A DNA stretch of 61,680 nt, filler included. It is 4 parts of 4 records of this genome, joined end to end, with 100 filler letters (N's around TTAATTAATTAA, not from the genome) between each part and the next. Parts side by side here need not be neighbours in the genome. Positions count along the whole stretch, not along the records: positions 1 to 17,274 come from SRR20825006_2526; positions 17,375 to 37,658 come from SRR20825006_2530; 2 more parts are not named here. One strand, 5' to 3'. The position numbers and the translations under genes were made by a program. This document shows, piece by piece, positions 9,985 through 18,144 of the stretch (positions within the stretch are counted from its first letter, which is position 1; every line of letters begins with the position of its first letter). The notes beneath the pieces are model-generated. The model worked only from the letters and a program-made list of their open reading frames with translations. It was not told the DNA's origin and made no database searches.

Positions 9985-12900
9985 TTAAAAGTCTACTCGT
10001 AAATTAAAAGTGAATGATCTTGTACTTGGATACGACATGTTTTCGATTCCAGGTTGCAATGTCCCTCCCGAAACAGCTACTGTTTCTGGGTCAAAATGTG
10101 GGTTTTCTGTCCACAGAAGTAAGTTTCTTCCGCTAAGAGAAAATCTAGCATTTGTAATTGGCAACTGCTTTATAAAGCGCTTAGGAATAGTGTACCCCAA
10201 TGTTACCTCTCTTAGTTTTGTGTAAGAAGCATCATATTTTGCAGCCTCCACATTATCTCTTTCGTAATATCTGTTATTATAAGTTCTAGCATCTACATTA
10301 GTAGTATTAGGTTCATAAACCCCATCCGATACTTGTACAACTCCATCTGCAACAATTCCTGTTTCTCTTCCTACTAAAGTTTCCTTTAATTGTCCAGAAG
10401 TACTTCCAATTGTTTTTGTTCTAGACACTACAATTCCTCCTTGGCGGGTATCTAATAGAAATCCAAAATCAAAAGCCTTATATCTAAAGCTATTCTGAAA
10501 CCCAAGCGTATAATCTGGAGCATAATCTCCTTGGTACACCAAATCATCTGTACGTAACGGAATTCCATTTTCATCAATAATCATTTCCCCAAAGTACGGG
10601 CTATTCTCATCTTCTACTCTTTGAAATCCTCTTCCGTAAATTGCACTAATAGAACCTCCTTCTCTTGCTTGAATAAAAGCTGAATTTCTTTCGGTTAAGG
10701 TATAATCTACCCCTCCCAAATCTGTAACCTCACTTTGGTTTTTAGCAAAATTGAAGGTTGCTTTCCATGAAAAATTATCATTTCTAACTGGAGTTATTCC
10801 TAAAATAGCTTCAAAACCATAATTTTTAACCTCCCCAGCATTGATAAGTTTACTAGCGTAACCACTAGCAATATCTGCATCAATAGAAATAATCTGGTTC
10901 TTTGTTAAGGAGCTATAATAAGTAGCATCTATATTTAAGCGACTCTGAAAAAAGCGTAAGTCAACCCCAAATTCATAAGAAGAAGTAATCTCTGGTTTTA
11001 AATTTGCATTTGGTATTAAAGAAGATTCTGTTAACACCGGATACTCTCCAAACGGATTCTCATTGGTATAAAAACTAGATAATTTATAAGGATCTGTATC
11101 ATTACCAACTTCTGCATAAGCTGCTCTCAATTTGGCAAAACTTACAAACTCTGGCAACACAAACATATCGCTAAACACTGTACTCAATGTTACAGAAGGG
11201 TAGAAATATGAATTATTATTAGAAGGAAGCGTACTAGACCAATCGTTTCTTCCTGTTATATCTAAAAACAGATAATTATTATAGGCTAAACGAGCAAAAC
11301 CGTACACACTATTAATACGTTTATTTTGATCTATGGAAGTAACTTCTAATGGTTTTCTATTATTATTAAAAGAATACACCCCTGGATTTATCAGTTCTGG
11401 CGCTACCGTTTGGTCGTACTCTTGATTTTGTCTAAGTTGATTAGCTCCTACAGAAAAGTTTACATTCCATTTTTCATTAAAAGTTTTATCGTATGACAAT
11501 AGGAAGTCTGTATTAATCTCTTCAAAAAACACATTATCTTCTCTATAATATCCTAACGGAAAACGTTGCGTACTAAAAGCTCTCTTTTTAGCTCTTAAAT
11601 CTCGGTAAAAATCGCGTCCTGTACGAAGTAACAGTTTCCAATTATCGGAAATATCATAGGTTAAATTTACATTTCCATATACCCGATCTTTGTCTTGAGA
11701 ATTTGTATTTTCATACACATTAAAGAAAGGATTATCATGGTAATTGTAATTGTAATTAAACTGCTGCACGCCTTCTTGCCCTGGCATCCAATAATCTCTT
11801 AAACTATTGGTATTTAATTGTCTTCCGTACCAAATAAAAAGATACATAATACTTTCTGTTCCATAACTCAACGACGGTCTGTTGCCACTATCACTTTTTA
11901 CATAATTTACATTTGCATTAACCTTAACTTTATCAGTTAAATTAAGACCCGCACTTAAATTAAATGTATTTCTCTCTAAATCTGTATTAGGAACAACTCC
12001 TTCTTGATCAAAATTCTGATAGCTGAAACGGATATTCCCTAAATCTCCAGCTTTAGAAATAGAAATACTATTGGTTTTGGTAAATCCAGTATTAAAAAAA
12101 TCTTTTGTGTTATCTGGATTAGAAACCCAAGGAGTTGCTATAATTGGAGAATTACTTATTAAATCTCCCCCACGAGTTCCGTCTTGTCTAGGCGAATCGA
12201 ACTGCGGAATTAAAAGTCCTGTATCTAATCTTGGTCCCCAACTTTCGTCAACACCATCTGCAATTCCTCCTCCTTTTCCATCTACAAAAGAGAATTGTTG
12301 ATTATTACCTTGACCGTATTCATTTTGCCAATCTGGTAACATTAAAATATTATCTACTGTTACTCCAGTATTTATGGTAACCCCTATTTTTCCATCTTTA
12401 GAAGTTCCTTTTTTTGTTGTGATGATGATAGCCCCGTTTGCCGCTCTAGAACCATATAAAGCTGCCGCCGCTGGCCCTTTTAAAACGTTCATCGACTCAA
12501 TATTCTCTGGGTTTATCTCAGCAGCTCCATTTCCGTAATCCACATCTTGAGTCCCAGCTCCAGAAGATCCAACTATTTCATTACTAATAGGAGTACCATC
12601 TATAATAAACAAAGGAGAGTTTCCATTAATATTTAACGACGCATCTCCACGAATAGAAACTCTAGCAGACCCTCCAATTCCTGAAGGACTATTAGTTACT
12701 TGAAGTCCCGCTACTTTACCAGAAATACTATTTAATAGATTAGGCTCTCTTGCCGAACTAATTTGGTCGCTATCAAGTTCTTGAGAAGCATATCCTAGCG
12801 ACTTCTTTTCTCTTTCAATACCTAGAGCAGTTACCACCACTGCATCTAATTGTTGAGAATCTGGTTGTAAAACAACTTTTACTCCATTCTCTAATGCTGA

Positions 12901-13146
12901 ATTAATTTCTTGAGAAAGATACCCAACGTAAGAAATTATCAATATTTCGTTGCCTTGGGGGAGCTCTATCTCAAAATTTCCGTCAAAATCTGTAGCAACT
13001 CCATTATTTTGACCTTTTATCATAATGGATGCACCTGGTAAAGGTGTGCTATTTTCATCTAATACACTCCCTTTAAATAAGGTTTGAGAGTAACTTGTAA
13101 TAAATGCGAAGAACGCAAATACACATAATAATTTCCGCTTATTCAT
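9985..13146 (-). CDS. susC: SusC/RagA family TonB-dependent outer-membrane transporter
   Basis: N-terminal carboxypeptidase-regulatory-like domain (TDFDGNF), plug motifs PLFIIDG and LKGPAAAALYGSRAANG, RNDWSSTL, terminal Phe. Confidence 0.97.
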   Translation of the reverse strand: MNKRKLLCVFAFFAFITSYSQTLFKGSVLDENSTPLPGASIMIKGQNNGVATDFDGNFEIELPQGNEILIISYVGYLSQEINSALENGVKVVLQPDSQQLDAVVVTALGIEREKKSLGYASQELDSDQISSAREPNLLNSISGKVAGLQVTNSPSGIGGSARVSIRGDASLNINGNSPLFIIDGTPISNEIVGSSGAGTQDVDYGNGAAEINPENIESMNVLKGPAAAALYGSRAANGAIIITTKKGTSKDGKIGVTINTGVTVDNILMLPDWQNEYGQGNNQQFSFVDGKGGGIADGVDESWGPRLDTGLLIPQFDSPRQDGTRGGDLISNSPIIATPWVSNPDNTKDFFNTGFTKTNSISISKAGDLGNIRFSYQNFDQEGVVPNTDLERNTFNLSAGLNLTDKVKVNANVNYVKSDSGNRPSLSYGTESIMYLFIWYGRQLNTNSLRDYWMPGQEGVQQFNYNYNYHDNPFFNVYENTNSQDKDRVYGNVNLTYDISDNWKLLLRTGRDFYRDLRAKKRAFSTQRFPLGYYREDNVFFEEINTDFLLSYDKTFNEKWNVNFSVGANQLRQNQEYDQTVAPELINPGVYSFNNNRKPLEVTSIDQNKRINSVYGFARLAYNNYLFLDITGRNDWSSTLPSNNNSYFYPSVTLSTVFSDMFVLPEFVSFAKLRAAYAEVGNDTDPYKLSSFYTNENPFGEYPVLTESSLIPNANLKPEITSSYEFGVDLRFFQSRLNIDATYYSSLTKNQIISIDADIASGYASKLINAGEVKNYGFEAILGITPVRNDNFSWKATFNFAKNQSEVTDLGGVDYTLTERNSAFIQAREGGSISAIYGRGFQRVEDENSPYFGEMIIDENGIPLRTDDLVYQGDYAPDYTLGFQNSFRYKAFDFGFLLDTRQGGIVVSRTKTIGSTSGQLKETLVGRETGIVADGVVQVSDGVYEPNTTNVDARTYNNRYYERDNVEAAKYDASYTKLREVTLGYTIPKRFIKQLPITNARFSLSGRNLLLWTENPHFDPETVAVSGGTLQPGIENMSYPSTRSFTFNLRVDF

Positions 13147-13148
13147 TT

Positions 13149-13164
13149 TTTCGTATTTGTAAAC
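13149..13164 (-). promoter_or_regulatory. Candidate operator copy 1 (GTTTACAAATACGAAA) next to the susC start
   Basis: 14/16 identical to the copy at 17105-17120. Confidence 0.55.
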
Positions 13165-13281
13165 TTTATTAAGTTATTTAGTTATGCAAATATCGAAGAG
13201 GTAAGTTAAGTTAAACTACATGCACTATTAAATCATTGCAATCATACTGTAAATTCAGTTAACAAAAAGTTAACAACCTTA

Positions 13282-13297
13282 GTTTACTAATAGTTAC
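13282..13297 (+). promoter_or_regulatory. Candidate operator copy 2 (GTTTACTAATAGTTAC) between susC and the XRE gene
   Basis: 13/16 identical to the copy at 17105-17120. Confidence 0.5.
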
Positions 13298-13375
13298 TTT
13301 TCTGTTTTTCATTAATTTGAATAAATAACAGAATCAAAAGCATAAAATAGGGTAAATAATTTACAGTATTTCTTT

Positions 13376-13383
13376 TAATTTTG
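13376..13383 (+). promoter_or_regulatory. Bacteroidota -7 promoter element for the XRE gene
   Basis: TAATTTTG matches the TAnnTTTG consensus, 21 bp upstream of ATG 13405. Confidence 0.5.
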
Positions 13384-13404
13384 AGGTGTAAAAAACTCTA
13401 CTAA

Positions 13405-13971
13405 ATGGAAGATTATCTTATAGGTATTGGTAAGCGAATAAAAGAAATTAGAAAAAATGATGGTAAAACCATTAATGATGTTGCTGTAAAAGCAGAAGTA
13501 ACTAGCGGACTTATTTCTCGTATTGAAAATGGAAGAACAATTCCTTCCCTCCCAGTATTTATAAAAATAGTAAATGCGCTTGAAGTTGAAGTAACCGATT
13601 TTTTTAAAGGAATACCAAATGGTAGTGGCGCTAATTTTATTGTTTCAAGAAAAGAAGAAAATACCCCTATTGATAAAGAGGAAGAGGCAGAAGGCTTTAC
13701 CTACAACTTTATATTTAGCAAACAACTTTCTTCCCTTGGTTTTGAAACAGTTCTCTTAGAAGTAAAACCAAATTCTAAAAGAGAAAAAGTAACTACCGAT
13801 GCATTTGAATTTAAATACATTCTTTCAGGAGAATGTTACTATATTATTGGAGAAGAAGAAGTTTTACTAAAAGAAGGAGATTCCATATTTTTTGATGGTA
13901 GAATTCCACACGTACCAGAAAACAGAAGTAAACAACCTTCTAAAATGCTAGTTGTTTACTTCTTTATATAA
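13405..13971 (+). CDS. XRE-family HTH + cupin transcriptional regulator
   Basis: IGKRIKEIRK...SGLISRIENGRTIPSL HTH; C-terminal cupin EFKYILSGE...LKEGDSIFFDGRIPH. Confidence 0.93.
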   Translation: MEDYLIGIGKRIKEIRKNDGKTINDVAVKAEVTSGLISRIENGRTIPSLPVFIKIVNALEVEVTDFFKGIPNGSGANFIVSRKEENTPIDKEEEAEGFTYNFIFSKQLSSLGFETVLLEVKPNSKREKVTTDAFEFKYILSGECYYIIGEEEVLLKEGDSIFFDGRIPHVPENRSKQPSKMLVVYFFI

Positions 13972-13976
13972 TACCT

Positions 13977-14654
13977 TTATTTAAGCAATATATCTTTTAA
14001 TTCTAATAAAGATGCTACTACATAAGTAGGATGAGCACTCAGTAATTGCTCTTTTGTATGAGCTCCCGTAGTAACTCCTACCGTAATTGCACAGTTTGCA
14101 TTTTTTCCTTCTTCAATATCTATAATAGAATCTCCAGCCTTTAACACCTTATTTGCCTCAAGAACATTGGTTAATTCCATTGCCTTAGAAATCATGTCTG
14201 GACATGGCCTTCCATTTACTACATCATCGGCAGTAATTAAAACATCATATTGTTCTCCCTTTGTCCAGTTTAATTTATTCAACAACAAGGTTGCAATTTC
14301 TTTATTGTACCCTGTATTTAATGCAACTTTAATATTGTTACTTTTTAGTAATTTAAATAACTCTTCAACACCGTTACAAGCTTTGACCGCTAATTTTTTG
14401 TATGCTTTATCCAGTAATACTTTGAAGTCTTCAAAAATAACATCCGACTTACTTTTATCTTCATTTAATTCTTCTAAAACATCTTTAATAGCTTGATGCT
14501 TTTCTTTCCCAGCGCCATGTGTAAGCACAAAGTCTAATTCTACTTTATACCCTGCATTATTTATTGCTTTCTGTAAGGTTTTATAAACAACATTACCTTC
14601 GTTCACTGTAGTTCCAGCCATATCAAAAACGGCAAGTTTTATTTTATTTTGCAT
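13977..14654 (-). CDS. Phosphonatase-like HAD hydrolase (PhnX-like, TIGR03351 type)
   Basis: HAD motif I FDMAGTTV as in PhnX, cap GAGKEKHQAI with candidate Schiff-base Lys, LNTGY, GRPCPDMI, GDSIIDIEEG. Confidence 0.88.
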   Translation of the reverse strand: MQNKIKLAVFDMAGTTVNEGNVVYKTLQKAINNAGYKVELDFVLTHGAGKEKHQAIKDVLEELNEDKSKSDVIFEDFKVLLDKAYKKLAVKACNGVEELFKLLKSNNIKVALNTGYNKEIATLLLNKLNWTKGEQYDVLITADDVVNGRPCPDMISKAMELTNVLEANKVLKAGDSIIDIEEGKNANCAITVGVTTGAHTKEQLLSAHPTYVVASLLELKDILLK

Positions 14655-14655
14655 T

Positions 14656-15819
14656 TTAAAAATTAAAAATTGAATTAATATTTTCTTTAGAAAAACCTGC
14701 GCTTCCTGTCATTCCTTTTCCTCCAATTCCAGTTACGATATGAATATTTTTATCTATTGTTTTCAAATAAATATCGCTTTCCTTGCACTGCGAATACATT
14801 CCATACCACCTATGCTGAATGGCATAATTTGGTAAATAGAATATTTTTTTAGCCTCCTCAATAATAAATTGATCTATATCCATATTTAAATCAAAACCTA
14901 AACTTTCCTTTTCTTTAACTGATGCATACTCATGAGAATCGCCTATAATTACAGAACCATCTACTGCTTGCTTAAACAAAATATGCACTCCCCATTTTTT
15001 TTCTAAACTCTCAGAAGATTCTTTTTCTTTTATCTTTTTAAATGAAGGGCATTCGAAAAAAGCTTCATATCTTCTTATAGAAAGTCCCGTAAGAATTGCC
15101 CCCTTCATTTTATAATTTAATGGTTGAGGCTTGGTTGCCATCATCTGTAATTTGGAGATTATTAATTCACTTTCAGAAAATAATTCAGGATATAAATTCT
15201 CAAAATCACTTCCATTACAAATAATCACTTTTTCGGCTGTAACAACCATTCCGTCTGCTGTAAATACTTTTACACATTCTCCTACAGATTCATTTCTTAC
15301 CACTGTCTTTCCAGAAAAAAGTGCTAATCCCTTTGTTTGTAAATAAGCATGAAGCTTACTTATCATAACTCGAGGTTCTACTAAAACCTCATCAGGAAAG
15401 AATAAAGACTCTTTTACATAAGCCTCATTTATGCCTGCATAATTATTAATTGTTTTTTCTTTAGTCCACAATTCGGACGTATAATTATTTGCTTGGTTAA
15501 TTTTTTTTAACTCGTGTAATAATTTAACTTCCTCCTCATTAGAAGCTATATAAACCGATCCTTCTTGGCGTACAGAAATATCAAATTTTGATTGAATCTC
15601 CTTATATATTTTCAGACTCTCCCTACCAAAAGTCTGCCATTTCGTGTTCATTCCAGAAGGAACTACTTGTCCGAAATTTCTAACAGTAGCCCCTTGAAGT
15701 ATTTTATTTTTCTCTATTAATGCTACTTTTAACCCTTTATTAATGGCATGATAAGCATGAAAACTCCCCAATACTCCTCCTCCAATAACAACAAGATCAT
15801 ACTTCTCAATATTATTCAT
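14656..15819 (-). CDS. FAD-dependent oxidoreductase, phosphonate-associated TIGR03364 type
   Basis: GGGVLG Rossmann motif, GATVRNFGQV, IIGDSHEY, TGIGGKGMT; flanked by a PhnX-like gene and DUF5690. Confidence 0.88.
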   Translation of the reverse strand: MNNIEKYDLVVIGGGVLGSFHAYHAINKGLKVALIEKNKILQGATVRNFGQVVPSGMNTKWQTFGRESLKIYKEIQSKFDISVRQEGSVYIASNEEEVKLLHELKKINQANNYTSELWTKEKTINNYAGINEAYVKESLFFPDEVLVEPRVMISKLHAYLQTKGLALFSGKTVVRNESVGECVKVFTADGMVVTAEKVIICNGSDFENLYPELFSESELIISKLQMMATKPQPLNYKMKGAILTGLSIRRYEAFFECPSFKKIKEKESSESLEKKWGVHILFKQAVDGSVIIGDSHEYASVKEKESLGFDLNMDIDQFIIEEAKKIFYLPNYAIQHRWYGMYSQCKESDIYLKTIDKNIHIVTGIGGKGMTGSAGFSKENINSIFNF

Positions 15820-17101
15820 AAGCTATGTTTAAAAGATGTGATATTTTTTTTTCTGAAGACTTATATTTCTTTTTAAAATAATTTAGAGAAGCCACTGCAA
15901 CAATACAACCCAGCGCTGCAATAAGGTAACATCCATAAATGAAAAAGTTTAACCACGATACTCCTCCCTGACCAAAATTCTTATAAAGCAACACGGCAAT
16001 ACTTCCTAAATAGCCAAAAGCATCTGCTATATAAATAAGAAATCCAGCATTTCCTTTAATTCTAAAAGCTGCTATCATTCTGTCAAAAAATATACAATTA
16101 AAAGGCACATAACATATATATAATCCGAAGCCTACGCTTATCATCCAGAAAATTTCGCTAATCAATTCTAATTGATAGAATACCGTAAGCAACCCTATTA
16201 CGAACGCTCCCCCAAAAAGCAAATAATGGTAATAAATAAAAACTCTAAAATTGCTTTTTATAAAAGCAAATAGTCCTAAAATAACAAGCACTAAAATAGC
16301 TATTGGAATCTCAGAAAATGTGTAAATAGCTATACTATCCCTAAGCCCTAATGCATCCCATATCTCTCGAGAGAAATTATCTCTATAATCTCTTAATGCC
16401 GTAAGAGCCGCATAAAAAAACACTAATATTACAATTGGAAAAAAATAGGTTTTAATCAAATTAGCCCTATCTACTTTACTCATTGGTTTTCTTTCTGCTC
16501 GTAAGGAAATATCTTCTGGTGTTGGTGAGGGGATTCGTTCTAAAAGATAAGAGAATATTAAAAAAGGAACTATAAATATTGCTCCAGTCACCGCAGGCAT
16601 CCAAAACTCATTAACACCAATCCATCTCATTGAAATAAGTCCCACAGACTTTACGGCTCCACTAGAAACTATAAAACTAGAGCACAATACTACTCCCAAT
16701 ATCTCTGTAGTTTTTCTCCCTTCTAAATATGAAAAAACAATCCCCCAAATCACTCCCAACGGAAGTCCATTTAAAAACATAAAAACAAGATTATAGGGAG
16801 CTGGTACAACGGCAAATAACACCAAGCTAATTTCTGCCACTGCAATCATTGTTATTAATAGCAATAAACGCTGATTATTTCTGAGTTCTGAAATAAGTTT
16901 AATCCCAATAAACTTTGAAAGCATATATCCAAGAACCTGCGCTATTATAAGAATAATTTTATAATCTACCTCCCAAAAACTCAGCCCCTCATATGTAGCA
17001 ACAGTAAATGGCTTCCTAAAGGCATACATACAAAAGTAAGTACCAAAGGCAGCAAAAGAACCATATAATAATGTTTTAATATCTGTTTTTGTATATTTCA
17101 A
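15812..17101 (-). CDS. DUF5690 family MFS-like membrane transporter
   Basis: About 12 hydrophobic segments; YFCMYAFRKPF, QVLGYMLSKFIGIKLISE, FSYLEGR, GFLIYIADAFGYLGS; TTG start. Confidence 0.85.
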   Translation of the reverse strand: MKYTKTDIKTLLYGSFAAFGTYFCMYAFRKPFTVATYEGLSFWEVDYKIILIIAQVLGYMLSKFIGIKLISELRNNQRLLLLITMIAVAEISLVLFAVVPAPYNLVFMFLNGLPLGVIWGIVFSYLEGRKTTEILGVVLCSSFIVSSGAVKSVGLISMRWIGVNEFWMPAVTGAIFIVPFLIFSYLLERIPSPTPEDISLRAERKPMSKVDRANLIKTYFFPIVILVFFYAALTALRDYRDNFSREIWDALGLRDSIAIYTFSEIPIAILVLVILGLFAFIKSNFRVFIYYHYLLFGGAFVIGLLTVFYQLELISEIFWMISVGFGLYICYVPFNCIFFDRMIAAFRIKGNAGFLIYIADAFGYLGSIAVLLYKNFGQGGVSWLNFFIYGCYLIAALGCIVAVASLNYFKKKYKSSEKKISHLLNIAYE

Positions 17102-17104
17102 AAT

Positions 17105-17161
17105 GTTTACAAATAGTAAATTTATGGATGTAAAATTCGATAAATAATTACTATTTGTAAT
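17105..17161. promoter_or_regulatory. Candidate operator copies 3 and 4, inverted, upstream of the DUF5690 operon
   Basis: TTACAAATAGTAA at 17107-17119 and its exact reverse complement TTACTATTTGTAA at 17148-17160. Confidence 0.6.
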
Positions 17162-17274
17162 GTTTTTAAAATTACCTTTAAGTTACCAAATGTTTAAAAA
17201 AGATGTTTTTCTGGAATAATTAAGCTTGTATTAAAAAGTAGATTTGCCACGAATTCACGGATATATTTTGTTGC

Positions 17275-17374
17275 NNNNNNNNNNNNNNNNNNNNNNNNNN
17301 NNNNNNNNNNNNNNNNNNTTAATTAATTAANNNNNNNNNNNNNNNNNNNNNNNNNNNNNNNNNNNNNNNNNNNN
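17275..17374. other. Artificial contig-joining spacer
   Basis: N44-TTAATTAATTAA-N44 (stops in all six frames); base composition jumps from AT-rich to GC-rich. Confidence 0.99.
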
Positions 17375-17432
17375 CTCGAGGAAATCACCGCCCCTTTCTC
17401 TTTTTAGCCATCGCTACAACCGCAGCGTTCGG

Positions 17433-18098
17433 TCAGGTGGCCACTTGCGGCATCGGCTCGATCGATCGCGTCTCGATCCTCAGGGTCTGTTCGTTGTCCG
17501 AGGTGATAATGATGCGGAGCCTGGAGCTGCTCTGGAAACCTGCGGCGCTGGGGTAAAACTCCGAGAGGTTACCCGGCCCCTGGAAGTCGACGCGAAGGAT
17601 GAGCTTTTCGGTCGGCTCGACGCGTCCATCGAACGCCTCGAGCGTGTCTGTATCGACTGTTTGAATAAGAGGGAAAGAAGTCAATACGCGGCCATTTTCA
17701 TCGAGCAGTTCGATGCGTTCTATGCTGACACCACGCGCGGTGATCTCTCCCTTGTTCGAGAGCTCGATGGTGAATTGCGCGTCCTCGCAGTTGAGCGGAT
17801 AGGAACCACAGGAACCATCGCCATCATCGGTCGGTTGGCAGGCGCCAAAGCCAACGTCAGCGTCATTCGCGGGTGCGCTCGCGCGATCCTGCCCATCTGC
17901 CTCGGTGTAGCCCTGGTCGCGACAGTCGGCGTAATTGCCCAGGTGCCCGGAGACAAAGACGCCATCGAGGTCCGGGTGACGCGCCAGATCACGGATATTC
18001 CAGCGCTGCTGGCCGTCGACTTCGGGGTCACCCATGAGGCAACCCGAGAGAGCGGTCATGGCGATAATGGCGAGTATGGCGAGGGTGGCGTGCTTCAT
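17433..18098 (-). CDS. Hypothetical lipoprotein
   Basis: Signal peptide with lipobox LSGC; acidic composition; probably co-transcribed with the upstream cytochrome c gene. Confidence 0.8.
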   Translation of the reverse strand: MKHATLAILAIIAMTALSGCLMGDPEVDGQQRWNIRDLARHPDLDGVFVSGHLGNYADCRDQGYTEADGQDRASAPANDADVGFGACQPTDDGDGSCGSYPLNCEDAQFTIELSNKGEITARGVSIERIELLDENGRVLTSFPLIQTVDTDTLEAFDGRVEPTEKLILRVDFQGPGNLSEFYPSAAGFQSSSRLRIIITSDNEQTLRIETRSIEPMPQVAT

Positions 18099-18144
18099 GG
18101 CAAGGGCTCCGTATGTTTATAAAAATCGCAATGGAACAAAAGAC

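Noticed and set aside
13352-13364. Palindrome GTAAAT-A-ATTTAC upstream of the XRE gene
   Set aside because: Half-site orientation differs from the four-copy motif, and short AT palindromes are common in this contig.
2793-15346. Short + strand ORFs inside the phosphonate locus (e.g. 2793-3164, 4290-4535, 14167-14496)
   Set aside because: Antisense shadows of well-supported genes, with no recognisable motifs.
17319-17330. TTAATTAATTAA repeated three times in the window
   Set aside because: Synthetic linker inside the N spacers, not a biological repeat.
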